Source of the DNA: Octopus sinensis
Taxonomy: Eukaryota
DNA: 64,000 nt
Assembly: GCF_006345805.1 (NCBI RefSeq)
Contig: NC_043004.1
Span: forward strand, 65,534,001-65,598,000
Direction of reading: 5' to 3'
This document shows positions 40,108 through 53,765 of the stretch, piece by piece. Below the pieces are notes generated by a model, which searched no databases, was not told the origin of the DNA, and saw only the letters and a list, made by a program, of their open reading frames with translations. The translations under genes were made by a program, and so were the position numbers. The stretch's first letter is position 1, and each line of letters starts with the position of its first letter.

Positions 40108-41682
40108 TATTCTAAAATTCTTGTTGAAACTATGAGAAAAACAAATAAGCGAATACAAACAATAATCTGAAATTGCTACTTTGTTGCAACATGTTTTTGT
40201 TTGTTTGCCGAAGTTCATGCTGGACACACAGAACATAATAAATAATAGAACAGCAGGGAATATAATACCACTGAGATTATCTCGTTGGGAAGGAAGACAA
40301 AGAAAACAATGGCGTTCATTTCCTGTGGCCTACTTCGCCGTCGAATCAGTCAACTCTGGACTCTTGGGTCTACAACACACGACTGATCCCTGGTGGAATC
40401 TTCGAAATAATCACAAACAATGATGTTATTTGAAAACTTGTGCTAGACATATGTATGAAATGTAACCCTTTATGTTCTCAACACACCCGATCTTACTCGG
40501 AATATTACGTCTCCCTCAAGCCATGCTCTGTATACAAACTAGCATGTAATGAAAATTGAAGACCTTCAGATATTGATTACGGAAATTCTAAACGGTATTG
40601 ATTCCACGGATAGCTGAAAGGCACACTGGGTATCTTTCAACTTTCAAGACGTCAGACAATATATTTCTTTAATGGAAGGAAACATAACCTAGCGTACTAT
40701 TGCAGGGAATGAAAATATCCAATTTACAATTTCATCTAAGTTTGGAACTTAATGCAGAATTCTCAATCAAAATATATTCTCCGTCACAATTACTTTATAT
40801 CGACTGAACCAAATCTGTTCAAATCTATTCCTAAAGGCAGCAACCAACCAACAAATTTCAACTCGTCCTTAATTGTAATTCCTATTAAAACATTCCTCCA
40901 AGAGATATCTGCAGAATCAGTATTTTACTACTTCACAAATTATATTCGCTGAAACAGGAATTGAAGAGTCTCTCTCCCTGATTAAGTGTTCCTAAACTAG
41001 AGTTTGCTGCGAGAAAAACAGAATTTGAGGAGTGAATGTCAGTCAGTGTGGAGGTTCGTGGTTTAGTGGTTGGTGTATTGCACTCATAATGGTTTGATTG
41101 TAGTTTCAATTCTTGGAGTAATCTTGAGGAAAACTTTTCTTTTTCTTTTGCTCCAGTTCACTTAGCTGTCAAACATGAACAATTCTGCAACGGAACGGCG
41201 TCCCATCAAGGAGACAAATATATATAAGGGCAGACTTACGAGCCTAAGATTTCGGAAGGACCTTTCATACATTTTATTTTAGTCAGTACTAACCAATCGT
41301 TTGAGTTAGAATCTCTATGCGATCAAGAACGAGCACAAACTTTGGTCTCTTCTTGGGTAATTGACTCACTATGCATCCGTTATCTCGGGTTCAACCCTGA
41401 TTCTATAGAGTTAGAACTGTGAATTTTGAGGATATGGAGCCCATGTGGCACCGGTTTCATTTTACGTTTTACTTGTTCCAGTCATTAAATTGCGGTCATG
41501 CTGTGACACACTCAGCCTTGAACTGCTTTACTCGAATAAATCGCTTCCATTAGTTATGCATTTTAAAAATTATTTTATTCATTCTTTCGGTTTCTTTGGC
41601 TGAATCCATAAGTTACGAGGATATAAACAAAGCAACACCGATTGTCAAGCTGTTAGATGTAACAGAGAATCAAATACACGCA

Positions 41683-41925
41683 CACATGGCTATGTGGGGA
41701 GAAGCTTGTTTCACCACCATATGGTTGCAGGTTTAGTCCCACTGCATGGCACCTTTAGGCATTTGTTCTCTTATATATCCTCGAGGTGGCCAAATCTTTG
41801 ATTGGATTTGGTGGACGGAAACTGAGAGAAGCCTGCCGTATATATATATATATATACATATATATTATATATATTATATATATATATATAATATATATAT
41901 ATATATATAATATATATATATATAC

Positions 41926-42002
<77 letters not shown>

Positions 42003-42418
42003 TACATAAATTTTTTTCGTAATGAGATAGAAAAACCAAGATTGTGTAGATTTTAGAACATTTATAGATAGGTCTTACAACTGTTTCCAGGATATTTAAT
42101 ATCCCTTCATCGGAGACGGTGTGAAGGGATGGTTAAGTAATAGATAATTTAGGTAAGATGCAAAATAGAGAGTGGGGTGGAACCTGCGACGATTTAATCT
42201 CAATCGAAGGAGAGGGGCTTTCTCCGTCCGGGTTGCGGATCCGTGGAATAAGCTGCCGGACGAGATAGTGAAGATGCCGACGACTGCTCGGTTCAAAGTC
42301 ACCCTTGACCTCAAATGGCCTGAACTCTTTGCATGAACACCACCCTGTACATAACTCTATGTCCCCCTACATGGCCTTGCTTTTTGCCTTTTGAGCCATA
42401 AAATTAACTTAACTTAAC

Positions 42419-42454
<36 letters not shown>

Positions 42455-42460
42455 ATATAT

Positions 42461-42494
<34 letters not shown>

Positions 42495-42712
42495 TTATAT
42501 GTATATATGCATATATATATATTATATATATATATGTAAGTATATATCTGCGTGTGTTTATCTTTGTTTCTGTGTTCGTCCCCTACGACACCGGTGTCGG
42601 TGTGTTAATGTCTCCGTAAGAAGCAGATTTAAAAGAAAATATAACTACAGGGGTCAGTTTATACGACTAAGATCAAAACAGTTCAAGGCAGTGCCCCAAC
42701 ATAGCCGATAAA
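41683..42712 (+). mobile_element. SINE family A split by (TA)n and a CR1 fragment
   Basis: Head at 41683-41840, tail at ~42545-42712. Confidence 0.65.
42180..42418 (+). mobile_element. 3' end of a CR1-clade LINE
   Basis: Translation RRGAFSVRVADPWNKLPDEIVKMPTTARFKVTLDLKWPELFA* is followed by a short 3'UTR and an (aactt)n tail. Confidence 0.75.
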
Positions 42713-42720
42713 AAAATGAA

Positions 42721-42755
<35 letters not shown>

Positions 42756-43261
42756 TGCGACGATCATCTACACAGTTTTCATCTGCCAATCCCTCATAAG
42801 GCATTGATCTACCCTGGGTTACCGGGGTTTGAGAAGAGGATACTTGCCCAACGTGCCGCCAAATTATGGTTACTTAACGCTAAATAGTAAAGGGAAAGCA
42901 ATGCTAAGCTTGTGGGTTTCGAATTTAAAGATACAGAAAACTTCTACTAAAGAGTATATCAAGAATTTTGTTTTTAAGAGAATTAATCTTTTATCGTCTT
43001 CTTGGTTCACTTACTTGTTTGCAGCCATGCTGGAACACTCTCTTGTACGGTTTTAGGCGACCTTCACTTCTTTAGGTGTAGTACTTATTTTATCGGTATT
43101 TTTGGCAGAAACGTTAAGTTATGGAGACATAAAGACACCAACACTGGTTCTCAGTTGGTGGTGGCCAACAAACACAGTCACAAAGAACACGCGCACGCAC
43201 ACATATACGCCCGGAAGTCACTTGAGTCACTCTGCTGCTTCCCCTAAATATTAATAAAAAT

Positions 43262-43425
43262 TTGATCATTACATTATTTACATTATTTACATTCGACGGA
43301 TATTTGTCCTCATCTTTTTTGTTGTTAACACAACGTTTCGGCTGATATAACCTCCAGCCTTCATCAGGTTCTTGGAGAAAATTCGAACTTGATTTCTTAT
43401 TCCTAAGGTATAAATCGATGTTATT
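43262..43425 (-). mobile_element. Short PLE-end-like repeat with a minimal hammerhead (family 3)
   Basis: Minus strand 43372->43326 reads AAC-CTGATGA-A-GGCTG-GAGGTTATAT-CAGCC-GAAAC-GT-T-GTGTT. Confidence 0.65.
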
Positions 43426-43434
43426 ATTATTATT

Positions 43435-43988
43435 GAGTAGAGAGCAGTGCATGCGATCAAACTGACACTGGGGTAAAATATACGAAGCCCAGTATACCCA
43501 TCATGACTACCCGTCTGATAAGGGTACACTAGGCACATGCATCACAACCATATGTGCGCGACAGGGTGATCTCATATCAAGATAAACAGCACATGACCTT
43601 GCAGGTAGGGCCCAGTTAGAATTTTCTTCTGGTCGAGTAACACATCCCACTGAAAAGGTCCCTGAATAAGGGTTGCTTTAGGATGTTGAACGAAACACCC
43701 ATGTTTCCAGAGGTGAATTATTCAAACCCCAAAGAATTCCTCTCAACACATGGTTATGATGCTTCTCCACTACTTCTGCTCGTGATCAGAGATTCACATA
43801 TCGTCAGCCACTAAGGGACATGCTCAACTGGTTAAGATCAAACAACTGACAAGCAAATCTGTGGTACTGAGCAGAATATTTGCTGTTGCCTATCTTTTAT
43901 ACCAAGACAAAACAATGTATATCATAACACCTCCAATCAGTTAAGGTCAGAAGCCACGAGAGCGACTGCCTGGTACTGCATCAGGGCC
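43435..43988. mobile_element. Non-coding element of about 550 bp bounded on both sides by (TTA)n
   Basis: GC content is higher than the flanks, no convincing ORF, sharp boundaries with TTA repeats. Confidence 0.55.
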
Positions 43989-44019
<31 letters not shown>

Positions 44020-44022
<3 letters not shown>

Positions 44023-46574
44023 TAGTTTTATTTTTATAGCGTGCTTTCACTTCACCACCGAGCGCAGCTCTGTGTGCCTTGGGTATGTGCTGTGATTTGT
44101 TGTGATGCTCTGATGGTTATTGTATGGAAAGTGTTCTGCGTAGGATGTGTGCAGTGCCTAGTAGTGCAATTTTCTGTATGTTATATGTGTTTTAAGTCCT
44201 GGTGTTTTTGTTATGTATTTGTCTGAATATTTTTTTATCATGCCTAATGCACCTACTATGATAGGAATTGTTTGTTTTCAGGTTCCACATTCTAGTTACC
44301 TCTATTTCCAGGTCTTTGTATTTTGAGAGTTTCTCCATTTCTTTTAGAGACACATTGTCATCTGCCGGTATTGATACATCAATTAGAAAGCATTTTTTTT
44401 CTTCATGATCTCTGACAACTATATCTGGTCTGTTGGCCTTAATTTCTCTATCTGTGTGTATCGGCATATCCCAGAGTATGGTTGCTTTCTCGTTTTCTGT
44501 GACCTTTTCTGGTGTGTGCCTATACCATCTTTTTTCTGTTGTTATTCCATAATGTTGGCATAGCTTCCAATGTATGTAGGTTCCAACTCTGTCATGTCTG
44601 TGAATATATTCCTTCTTGGCCAGGACTGGGCAGCTAGAGATAATATGATTTATTGTTTCTTGTCCATCTCCACATATTCTGCAGTTATTGTAATATTTCT
44701 TTTCATTACATGTTTTTGGTAATTTCTGGTGGGGAGGCTTTGGTCTTGTGCTGCAATTAAAAATCCCTCTGTTTCTTTTTTGAGTCCTGAGCTTCTCAAC
44801 CATTGCTGGGATTTTTCTTTGTCTATTTCTTTTGCGTTTAGTTTAGTGCAGTATTTACCATGAAGGGGCTTTTCTGCCATCGTTTTATCATGGCTCGTTG
44901 CTGTTCTATTTTTAGTTTGGATTCATTTGTTTTATAGCTTTTGTTGTTTCTTCATCATCTTCTTCTTCTTTGTGTTTATTAGGTGGTATGATTTCTGTTT
45001 GTATTTGTCAGCTTCCTTAAATACTGAGAACAGTTTTTTGTTTTGCTCGTGTTTTGCTGCTATCTGGATCAGTTTTCCTTCCTTCTGAAGTAGGTATTTT
45101 TGCAGTCCTATGGTGGTTATTTTATAGTAGTTTTCCAGCTGTATAAGGCCTCTACCACCTTCTATACGTTGTATATATAGTCTTTCTATGTCAGATTTTG
45201 TGTGATGCATCCTAGATCCTGACAGTATTTTTCTTGTTTTCCTATCTATTTTGGACAGTTCATTTCGTGTCCAGTTAAGGATATTGTAGCTGTAACTTAT
45301 AACTGGGACAGCTAAAGTGTTGATACCTATTATCTTGTTTTTGGCATTGAGCTCTGTTTTTAGTATTGATCTAACTCGTCTATAATATTCTTTTTTTTAT
45401 TTTCTCTTTCATTTGTGTGTGTTGTGTCTTATCTAGTTCATGGATTCCTAAGTATTTGTAAGTTTGGCTTTGGTCTAATTCTTTTATTTCATTGGTTTTA
45501 TCTAGTGTGATGTTGTTACTCTTAACTAGTTTTCCTCTTTTCATGGTTACTTTGGCGCATTTTTCTAATCCAAATTTCATATCTATTTCTTTGGTAAATC
45601 CATGAACTGTCTTTAATAGTGTCTCCAGCTGTTTGTCATTTGCAGCGTATAGTTTTAGGTCATCCATATATAAATGGCTGATCGTTTTGCCGTAACATTT
45701 ATATCTGCATCCAGTTCTATTTAGCATATCAGATAGAGGTTGACAGTGCCAAGCAGAAAAGGAGTGGAGAGAGCGTGTCTCCCTGGAATATTCCTCTTCT
45801 AATGGGGATGCCTTTGGTTTTCATGAGTCCCTCTTTTGTTTGGAGGTGTAGGACTGTTTGCCATTTATTCATAGAGTGCTCTATGAATTTTATGATTGTT
45901 GGTGCTACTTTGTTAATGGCTAGTGTTTCGAGGATCCATGTGTGGATGCTATCAAACGCCTTTCTGTAGTCAATCCAGGCCATACTGAGGCCTTTCTTCT
46001 TTCTGTGGCTGTCTTCAGTTACGGCTTTATTAATCATTAGTTGATCTTTACAGCCATATGAGCCCTTGCGGCATCCTTTCTGCTCTTCTGGGAACAGTTT
46101 GTTTTCGTCCAGGTGCTTGTTCAGCCTTTGCGATATCACTGCAGTAAATGCCTTGAACATAGTAGGGAGGCAGGTTATTGGTCTGTAGTTTTCTGGTTTT
46201 GTTGTTTCATTTGATTTGGGAATTAAGATGGTTTTCCCCTTCGTGAGCCATTCAGGCATTGTCTCTGGCTCTGCTAGTATGCTGTTAAAGTTTTCAGCCA
46301 GCTTTTTGTGCATTCCTGTTAGATATTTCAACCAGAAGTTGGGGATCTTGTCATGCCCAGGTGCCTTCCAGTTGCTTAGTTTTTGCAGTGCCTGGGTGAC
46401 CTCTTCAGTTGTTATGGGGGTCCAAAGTTGTTCAGATGCTGAGTTTGTTATTTTCATACTCCTTTTTTTTGGCTGTTCGTTCGCCGACCATATTTCTTTC
46501 CAGAATTCTTCCAATTCTTCTGCCGTTGGTGCTGCAGTGACTTCTATTTTATTTTTGCCCAGTTCTTGGTAGAC
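44020..46574 (-). mobile_element. 5'-truncated R4/Dong-clade non-LTR retrotransposon (RT, CCHC, restriction-like endonuclease)
   Basis: RT motifs WKAPGHDKI, YRPITCL, WIDYRKAFDS, RGIFQGDTLSPLLF, LYMDDLKLY. Zinc knuckle CRICGDGQETINHIISSC. RLE NRPDIVV...IDVSIP...K. (AAT)n tail. Frameshifted. Confidence 0.95.
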
Positions 46575-46608
<34 letters not shown>

Positions 46609-46610
46609 TA

Positions 46611-46641
<31 letters not shown>

Positions 46642-46671
46642 TTTATTATATTATTATTTTTATTATTATTA

Positions 46672-46714
<43 letters not shown>

Positions 46715-46756
46715 GATTATTATTATTATTATTATTATTATATTATTATTATTATT
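46575..46756. repeat. (TTA)n microsatellite between two R4/Dong copies
   Basis: Directly visible. Confidence 0.95.
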
Positions 46757-47150
46757 CAGTAGTTTTATTTTTATAGCGTGCTTTCACTTCACTACCGAGC
46801 GCAGCTCTGTGTGCCTGGGTATGTGCTGTGATTTGTTGTGATGCTCTGATGGTTTTGTATGGAAAGTGTTCTGCGTAGGATGTGTGCAGTGCCTAGTAGT
46901 GCAATTTTCTGTATGTTATATGTGTTTGTAAGTCCTGGTGTTTTTGTTATGTATTTGTCTGAATATTTTTTTATCATGCCTAATGAACCTACTATGATAG
47001 GAATTGTTTCTGTTTTCAGATTCCACATTCTAGTTACCTCTATTTCCAGGTCTTTGTATTTTGAGAGTTTCTCCATTTCTTTTAGAGACACGTTGTCATC
47101 CGCTGGTATTGATACATCAATTAGAAAGCATTTTTTTCTTCATGATCTCT
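46757..47150 (-). mobile_element. Second, heavily 5'-truncated R4/Dong copy (3' ~390 bp)
   Basis: Near-identical to 44020-~44412. (TTA)n on both sides. Confidence 0.95.
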
Positions 47151-47952
47151 ATTATTATTATTATTATTATTATTTTATTATTATTGATGTCACTGCCTTG
47201 AATCAAACTTGGAATGTACGTGCATATAGCGTAGTGGTTAAAAGCGTGGGCTACTAACCTCAAGATTCCAAGTTTGATTTTTTTTATATGTACTGTTATT
47301 CTCGAAGACTCTAACCGAAGGGCTGGTTTTTATATAAAGTAGCTCAACACAATGAAAATATCTGCCAAATTACTAATGATTAACATGGAACCGTTTAAAA
47401 CATTTAAAGAGAAGCTGGACTATGTCGCTGTGGAAATAAAAAACATGACTGCCATATATTTACAAGTTCAGCGTTGATATGTGGTTAAACAACAAGGACG
47501 CCTCCAGCAGCAGTTGCGATAACAACAACAACATTAGCAGCAGCGACAACAGGACCGGATATAGTAGGGTTTTAGAATTTGGATATGACAAAAATTTAGT
47601 TCTGTTACAAGACAGGAAAATATATCACAACTAAAAAAAAAAATGTATACATATATTCCGTCCTTTTCTGCTTTATCTGGAAATATGAATATTGGAATCT
47701 TTAAGCTTTTAGGCTTTCAATAATAGATGAAATATTCACATAACAGCTTTCAGTTAAACTTTTGTAAAATTGCCTCACAAGCAAAATGAAGAGTTGAACT
47801 TAGAGGATTTATCGTGAAAGAACACTTTATATAACGTACGTTTGCTTTAGTTCGTTTGGTCTAGGAAAAAGCTCTTTACTTTATCGACCACGAATTGATG
47901 AAAGACAAATTTCGGTATGATTTCAGCGCAGAACGCAAAGAACCGAGAGTAC

Positions 47953-48300
47953 TCTTTTTACTCTTTTTACTCTTTTACTTGTTTCAGTTATTTAGATGCG
48001 GCCATGCTGGAGAACCGCCTATAGTCGAGTACTTATTCTATCAGTCTCTTTTGCCGATCCGCTAAGTTACGGTGACATTAACACACCACCGTCGGTTGTC
48101 AAGCGATGTTGGGGGGACAAACACAGACACACAAACATATACACACACCTACATACATATATACATATATTCGACAGGCTTCTTTCAGTTTTCGTCTACC
48201 AGATCCATTCACATGAATTTGGTCGGCTTGTTGAAGTTTCTTGCCCAGTGTGCCACGCAGTGGGAATGAACCCGGAACCATGTGGTTCGTAAGCAAGCTA
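47953..48300 (-). mobile_element. SINE family A
   Basis: (ctttta)n tail, tgcggccatgctgg, aacccggaaccatgtggttcgtaagcaagcta head. Confidence 0.8.
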
Positions 48301-48649
48301 CTCCTTAATATATAAAACTATAGTAAAGGGAAAACATTACATTCTTGCTGATATTTTCGTTAAACATCATTTCATAAAGAATGTGAAAAATATTTATTCT
48401 ATGGAAGGCTGTAAAGGAAAAAAAATAATATTTCGTTTAAAAAAATCTGAGTGTTACATGGATGCGTACGATGATATTTGGTGTGAATAACACTGAGTCA
48501 ATTTGAATCAAACTACACAATATAATTTAATGTATTTGTAAATCAAAAACGAAAACATGAAACGAAAAGGTAACAAATGTTGTTTAAATTGCTTTTCATT
48601 CTGTTCGACATTGAAAAATATAATTTAATGTAAAAATTATTTATTAAGT

Positions 48650-49020
48650 TATTTTGTTGCTGACGGAATTGATGATGATGAATACAACAATGATAGTGAT
48701 GGTGGTGGTGGTAATGGTAACCGATGACGATAATGATGACACTGATTAGATGATGATGACAATAGCAGAAATGGCGTTGATATTATTTATTATATGATAA
48801 TGATCATAATTGATGGTAGATAATGATGAAGAAGTGGAGTGGAGGTTTAGGTTGACAATAATGATGATGATGTTTAGGCTGACCATGTTAATCACTCTGG
48901 TGTTGAAATTATTGGTGATATAATTATGATATCGACGACGACGACGACGACGATGATGACGATGATGATGATTGTAGTGGTTTAGGTTAAGATGGGGGCG
49001 ATGGCGGAGCGCATCCTCTT
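48650..49020. repeat. Degenerate (GAT/GAC/GGT)n trinucleotide tract
   Basis: Directly visible. Confidence 0.85.
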
Positions 49021-50399
49021 GCGGTTTCAACGGTAAACATTCAGTTGTTTGATTGACTGAACTAAACTCGTTAAAATAATGTATCTATTAAATGTATCGT
49101 TGAAATAATAATACTATCAAAACGCAGTGCACGCTCTTAACTTTATTCTCATAGAAAATCAGAATGACTGAGCGCATGACAAAAGGCGCTTTTCAATTGC
49201 ACATATACTTCATCCTACGGATTTTCACATAGGCTCCGTCAACTCTATTTCACTCTGGGAGAGAAGACAGAAATTCATGAAGAATTTAGGGAGAGGAGAT
49301 ACAAAGAGGAGAAATATTACTTAACTGTGAGTTTGTTAGAAATAGAGACTAATGGTGCGGGTGCTGAGAGAGGAGATAAAAGGATTATTATAGGGCCTTT
49401 GCCTCTGAGAGGGTATACTAAGATTTGTGTTGGTTTGTGGTGATGAGGAAACTTGGGTGTTAACGCTGGGGGATATGAGAGAGGAGATACTGAGATATGT
49501 GTGAAGGGTCTAGAAAAAGAAACGTCGGCGTCCGGGATAGGTCGCATTGGAGCAATGTATATGGATTCGGTGGATTACCTAGCAAGCAATTTTGAGACGC
49601 AGATTCTGTTGTCAATACTGCTGGAGTGGTAGGAGGATATTGAATCTGAATTAGTGTATGTCCGTGAGTGGCCCCTTTTTTAATAAGTCGAATGAGTTTT
49701 CTTTTGGGTATGTTCGAGGGTTGCTGTGTGAGTTGAATGTCGGTGGAACGTTGGACAAAATTTCGTATGGATTTTAGATAAGTTTTTTTTCATTATTGCG
49801 TTTTACTTTTCCTACATTCTGGAGTCGATAAAGTATTTTGGGATATCTGTATGCATAACAGTAGCGGAACTCCAGACCGGAAAGCAGCAAACATTTGTTG
49901 ATTTTGTAGAGTTTGGAGCCAGCTCAACCGTATGAACCTGTTACATAGCTACAAAAATATAAAACATTTTGCAAGTAACACGAAGTTCATTGACATGGTG
50001 TCTCGGAAGTGGTCGGGTGGTCGATGACCAATTATCATCCAATGAATATGATTATTGATGCATAATGTTCTGACGACACATAACCAGTATTTTGTAAGCA
50101 AATATATGACCCACAGAAATTAGATAATTATGAAGTCATCAACTGTATCGCGTCTTCTAGAATTAGATTTTGAATATTTTACGATTCAGACTGCTAATTA
50201 TTTGAAATCGTTTCAAGATTAAACACAAATAGATACTGCCATTATCACAGGGAGAAATAATTGAATGGCTGAAGATAACTGCGTAGTTCGATAGTTCAAA
50301 TCCCATGTTAATTGCAAAGCTTTCTTCTGATTTCTGCTATATGTCAACTATCGTAAGTAGAGCGAAAAATAGTGGCATCCTATAAAACAAAAACAAGTA

Positions 50400-50844
50400 A
50401 GCATGGATGTATGGTTAACAAGCTCACTTTGTAACTGTGCTGTTTCGGATTCAGTCCCACTGCGCAGAACCTGGGGATTGTTTCTTCTACTATAACCCCG
50501 AGCAGACCGAAAGCATGTGAGCAAAATTTTTAGACACATACCGTATAGGAGCCTGTAACGCGCGCGCGCGCGTGTATATATTTATATGCATTAATGCATA
50601 CATACACATATACGTTTGTATGTCATAGATCGCTAACCACTACACATTCTTTATTTTCTCTCCTTGTTCCTATCTGTGTTCCTTTCTGTGGAAGAGCGTA
50701 GGCTCGAAACGTTAAAGACTTTGTCACTTCCCGAGCATTAAACTAATACATCTGTTTGTTGTCTACACCACCTGTCTTCGTCTTTATATATATATATATG
50801 TATATTATATATATATTTATATACATACATACATAAATACATAA

Positions 50845-50878
<34 letters not shown>

Positions 50879-51116
50879 GATTTTCAAAATGTAACACATG
50901 TGGATCATTGGCGATTTTTTCCTTCGTCTTGCTTTTTTCTTGGACGTAAAACTAACTTTCTTTCCTTCCCTGTGCGTCTGCTAATTCTTGCATGTACCAC
51001 GTCCTCGTGTTGTTGCCCTTTTCTTTTGTTTTTTCTTTTTTTTTTCGGGGGGGGGGGGGGTATTAGCTCCCTCTCTCTCTATAAATATATATATATATAT
51101 GTATATATATGTATAC

Positions 51117-51159
<43 letters not shown>

Positions 51160-51400
51160 TATAATATATATATATATGTATGTATATATATATATGTATG
51201 TATGTATGCATGAATCATTTTTGTGTTTTCTCCGATCGATAACCGATGTTGGTTACTTTACCTCTCCGTAATGTAGGTTCGCCCCAAAATACGATAGAGT
51301 AATTACCAGACACGATAATGTGTACTGGGGTCGATGAATTCAATTGAAACCTTCAGTTCGTTATCCCGATATGGCCGCAGTTCAATGTGTGAAGCAATGT
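50400..51400 (+). mobile_element. SINE family A split by two PLE-end-like insertions
   Basis: Head at 50400-50560, tail at ~51230-51400. Confidence 0.6.
50615..50790 (+). mobile_element. Short PLE-end-like repeat with a core-mutated minimal hammerhead
   Basis: CTTT-CTGTGGA-A-GAGC-GTAG-GCTC-GAAAC-GT-T-AAAG at 50682-50717. Confidence 0.55.
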
Positions 51401-53329
51401 GTAAGATAACGGTTAAATGAAGAAAAGACTTAGTTATACACTCAACTATTAATAAAGAATTACATAGAATCTCTTCGAATTCAGTGTATCGATATCGTCC
51501 TCAATAATAAGCAATTAGTTGAACTTCTATATGGCAACACAAGTTGCAGGATTTTGCATCATATTCGCCCCCAAATCAGAATATATGTTTAGAAAAAGTG
51601 AAATTCTTTAGAAAATGTGTTATGTTGAATAAAAGAAGGAATATTTATGGTCAGAACGTCTTTGATCATAGGTTTGCTCCATCATATCAAATTCGGAGCA
51701 TTAAAAGAAATATTGAAGAAACCTTTACTTCTTTATTTCGGTATTTCTCTATGTAGCCATTTCTAGTGATATTTAAGATGTCTATTCCTGTCCTCTCGGA
51801 ATCTTTCTTCATATTTTATCAAAGCATAAAACTATATTTTGTTATATATATATTGTTGTTTGCTTCCTTCCCAGACTATAGCCTTTCAAGACATTAAAAA
51901 AAATGTACGTGACAGAAAACAAAGTGTTCACCGATATTAAGGCCAGAATTGTACTTTTTGTGGATCACGTGATCCAGGATCAAATATAATTTTATCTTCA
52001 GTTTAAAACCTTTATATTTTGCGAGGTTTTGCGGGTATTTTGGAAATGGAGCCATTGAAATATTCTGTATTGTAAGCTAATGCATAATTCTCCTCAATAT
52101 GAGGAGATGGAATTTATAAAAAATTTCTGTTACTCCTGACAATGACTTATAGAACAGCCATTTTGGAAGTTCAGATTTTCAGTGAAGTACTTTTAAAGAT
52201 GCGGTGAAAATCTTAGAAGGTAAATGATATGTTAAGGTTTGAGGAAATACGCATTACACGTTTTTTTTTGTGTTAGTTTTCACTTTTATTTCCTGAATAT
52301 AAAATGCGAAATTCTGAATAATTCACTTCAAAAATCTTAAAATGAAAGCGTTAAAAAGAAATACAAAAAAACAAAAAAATAACGACAGAAATAAAACATA
52401 ACAAAGCAATAAAAATCATATTTATCTCAACTTAACTTTCGCTTCAATCAGATATACGTCACATCACATATACTCTCTCACGGTTGTCGACACGACATTA
52501 AACAAGAGAATACTGCTATCTGTTCCTAAAGGAATTGAATACATTAAATTTAAAACTCGATATTTACAAAGAAATATCTCGACATGTCGTAATAACAAAT
52601 GAATCAACATCATCGATCTTTCGTGTTTCGTGATTCTCACATCGATATTTCATTACACTCTTCTATTTATAGCATCTCCTTTCTTTTTAAAGTGATCCTT
52701 TCATCTCTGCCTCCTGCACCACGCTCCTTCCAACAATACATTTTATCATTCATCCAAGTTTGATGTTGTTTTATTCATGCCAACATTCCTCACGAATGCT
52801 CATATACTGCTGTTGTTGATGTGCTTGTTTAACCACAAGTCAATCATGGTTGAGCACAAATATTCAGATACGTTCCAGCCGTGACTATCACGTTCTTCTT
52901 TTAGTATGCTGCGTATTTAAAACAGTGAACACACGCGGCTTAATGGCTAGGGCGTTGCATTTATGATCGGAAATTCGTAGTTTCGACTCCTGCATCGGGT
53001 AGCGCCTTCTTAAGCAAAATATTCATCTCACGTTACTAGAGTTCTGTTCAGCTGTAAATGAATAACTCTGCGACAGACAGATGTTCTGTTCAAGGGCGGG
53101 CGTTGCTATGATCTCAGTCACCTTTATGACACAGAAACCAGGCGCCCGGCTATCTAGTTCCAAAACTCGAGATAGTAATTAATGTTCAGCGGTTGATGAA
53201 GACGATGATGATGTATGTAAAATAGCAATGTCTGATGTGCTCCTCACGTTTTCAAACCGATATTTTTTCATAAATTTCAAATAGATTTGATTGGTTATTG
53301 TAACTATATGAACAGACATGAATTTGGAC

Positions 53330-53610
53330 GTAAGAATTTCGCTTTGCAATCAGTGGATTGGGATTCAGTTCCATTGTGCGCCACCTGGCGCAAATGCCTT
53401 CAACTTTCGTTCGGGGCGAACCGATGTTTAAGAGGGAATTTGGTGGACGGACGGAAACTATGCGAAACCATTTTGTGTGCATTTGTATGTATGTGCGAGT
53501 GCTATGTTTGTGTGTGCGAGTCTGTCCCCAGGCCACTTGACAATCGGTGTTGGACTGTTTGCGTCCCCATAACATAGTGGTTCGATAAAGAAGGCAGCTA
53601 AAAGATGTAA
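53330..53610 (+). mobile_element. Diverged SINE family A
   Basis: ggattcagttccattgtgcgccacc, ggtggacggacggaaactatgcgaaacc, cttgacaatcggtgttgg. Confidence 0.65.
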
Positions 53611-53765
53611 TAGGGTCTAAAATAATATATATGTATGTATATATATATATATATAACATATGTATATATATATGTCTATATACATATAAATATATGTATG
53701 TATATATGTGTACATGTATATATATATAAGTATGTACGTATATATATATATATATATTATATATA

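Noticed and set aside
43900-43988. HDV-like ribozyme at the end of the 550 bp element
   Set aside because: I could not build a consistent P1/P2/P3 pseudoknot by hand.
49200-49800. Possible old PLE remnant with a degenerate hammerhead
   Set aside because: Translation and core motifs are too decayed to support.
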